DNA of 64,000 nucleotides, from NCBI RefSeq assembly GCF_006345805.1, contig NC_043001.1:51026001-51090000 (forward strand), given 5' to 3'. Each line of letters opens with the position of its first letter. Position 1 is the stretch's first letter. The notes under the pieces are model-generated. The model was not told where the DNA came from. It was given only the letters and a program-made list of their open reading frames with translations, and made no database searches. The stretch is from Octopus sinensis. Taxonomy: Eukaryota. The translations under genes and the position numbers were made by a program. This document shows, piece by piece, positions 62,341-64,000 of this stretch.

Positions 62341-64000
62341 TAAACAAAAACAAAAAAAAAAATGAGAAGCGGGAGGAGAAATTTTTAACTGACTTTCTTT
62401 GGTGTAGATTGGTAGGAATATTTTAAGACAAGCAAAAAAAATAAATTGAAAAGAGGCTGAAGAAATTTTAAACTGACTTTCTTTGGTGTAGATTGGTAGG
62501 AATATTTTAAGACAGGTAGGAATATTTTAAGACAAGCAAAAAAAATAAATTGAAAAGAGGTTGAAGAAATTTTAAACTGACTTTCTTTGGTGTAGATTGG
62601 TAGGAATATTTTAAGACAGGTAGGAATATTTTAAGACAAGCAAAAAAAATAAATTGAAAAGAGGTTGAAGAAATTTTAAACTGACTTTCTTTGGTCTAGA
62701 TTGGTAGGAATATTTTAAGACAAGCGAAAAAAATAAATTGAAAAGAGGCTGAAGAAATTTTAAACTGACTTTCTTTGGTGTAGATTGGTAGGAATATTTT
62801 AAGACAAGCAAAAAAAATAAATTGAAAAGAGGTTGAAGAAATTTTAAACTGACTTTCTTTGGTCTAGATTGGTAGGAATATTTTAAGACAAGCAAAAAAA
62901 ATAAATTGAAAAGAGGCTGAAGAAATTTTAAACTGACTTTCTTTGGTGTAGATTGGTAAGAATATTTTAAGACAGGTAGGAATATTTTAAGACATGCAAA
63001 AAAATAAATTGAAAAGAGGTTGAAGAAATTTTAAACTGACTTTCTTTGGTGTAGATTGGTAGGAATATTTTAAGACAAGCAAAAAAAATAAATTGAAAAG
63101 AGGTTGAAGAAATTTTAAACTGACTTTCTTTGGTGTAGATTGGTAGGAATATTTTAAGACAAGCAAAAAAAATAAATTGAAAAGAGGTTGAAGAAATTTA
63201 AAATGACTTTCTTGGTGTAGATTGGTAGGAATATTTTAAGACAAGCAAAAAAATAAATTGAGAAGAGGTTGAAGAAATTTTAAACTGACTTCTTTGGTGT
63301 AGATTGGCAGAATATTTTAAGACAATCAAAAAAAATAAATTGAAAAGAGGTTGAAGAAATTTTAACTGAACTTTCTGTTGTAGATTGGTAGGAATATTTT
63401 AAGACAAGCAAAAAAAATAAATTGAAAAACGGCTGAAGAAATTTTAAACTGACTTTTTTTGGCATTGTGCTGCTAGCCTCATGGTAAAGCTGTCCTCCTA
63501 TTACAGTACCTAGGTAAGAATATTTGAAGATAAACAAAAAAACCAAGCAAAGAGGGAGAAGAATCTTTAACTGACTTTCTTTTGCATTGTGCTACTAGCC
63601 TCATGGCAAAGCAGTCTTTTCATGAGAGAGGATAGGTAGGAATATTTGAAGATCATAACCAAAAAAAAAACAAAGTGGGAGAAGAAATTTGTAACCAACT
63701 TTCTTTGGTATAGCTAGGCAGGAATATTTTAAGATAAACAAAAACAAAAAAAAAATGAAAAAAGGGAGAAGGCATATTAAACTGACATTCTTTGGTGTTG
63801 TGCCGCTAGCCTCATTAGAGTACCTAGGTAGGAATATTAGAAGATAAACAAGAAAAAAAATAAATTGAAAAGAGGCTGAAGACATTTGTAAACTGACTTT
63901 CTTTGGCTTTGTGCTGCTAGCGACATGGTTAGGGTGTCTCTTCATTAGAGTTGCTAGGTAGGAATATTTGAAGATGATAAAAAAATAAAAGGAAAGAGTG
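62340..64000. repeat. Tandem array: about 12 units of 81-84 bp (some 103-104 bp) grading into about 120-bp units; runs off the window
   Basis: ATTGGTAGGAATATTTTAAGACAAGC...CTGACTTTCTTTGGTGTAG at 62408, 62492, 62596, 62700, 62784, 62868, 62952, 63055, 63139, 63221, 63303, 63384; homologous to 6522-6659. Confidence 0.95.

Noticed and set aside
62340-64000. CRISPR-like regular repeats
   Set aside because: Units are contiguous with no unique spacers; eukaryotic context with no cas genes.

Overview
AT-rich, microsatellite-saturated animal genomic DNA; the SINE and microsatellite landscape points to an octopus or other cephalopod (inference). One + strand multi-exon gene runs through the whole window with neither end present. 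I reconstructed 20 GT-AG exons (392-61110, 3318 nt, 1106 codons) with every splice phase compatible. They encode a CCP/sushi-like module, a linker, 3 ephrin-receptor-like (GCC2/GCC3) repeats, about 11 complete EGF repeats plus one broken EGF and an atypical Cys-rich module, and a pentraxin/LamG-like domain, i.e. an SVEP1/uninflatable-like extracellular protein. The introns hold RTE LINEs (one with a PHD finger inserted in its RT), Dong/R4-like RLE retrotransposon fragments at (TAA)n tracts (one attached to a large 84-bp tandem array), two mariner relics, hAT and piggyBac-like MITEs, many tRNA-derived SINEs and a near-full-length antisense U2 snRNA copy. The main unexplained signal is a set of small, mostly fold-back non-coding elements carrying minimal type I hammerhead ribozyme motifs from about six unrelated sequence families. 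These include a TSD-flanked palindromic tRNA-head + hammerhead unit, a canonical GUC hammerhead on the host sense strand, and a family whose core has the C3-G8 pair swapped to G3-C8. All ribozyme folds were paired by eye; none was tested or searched against a database.
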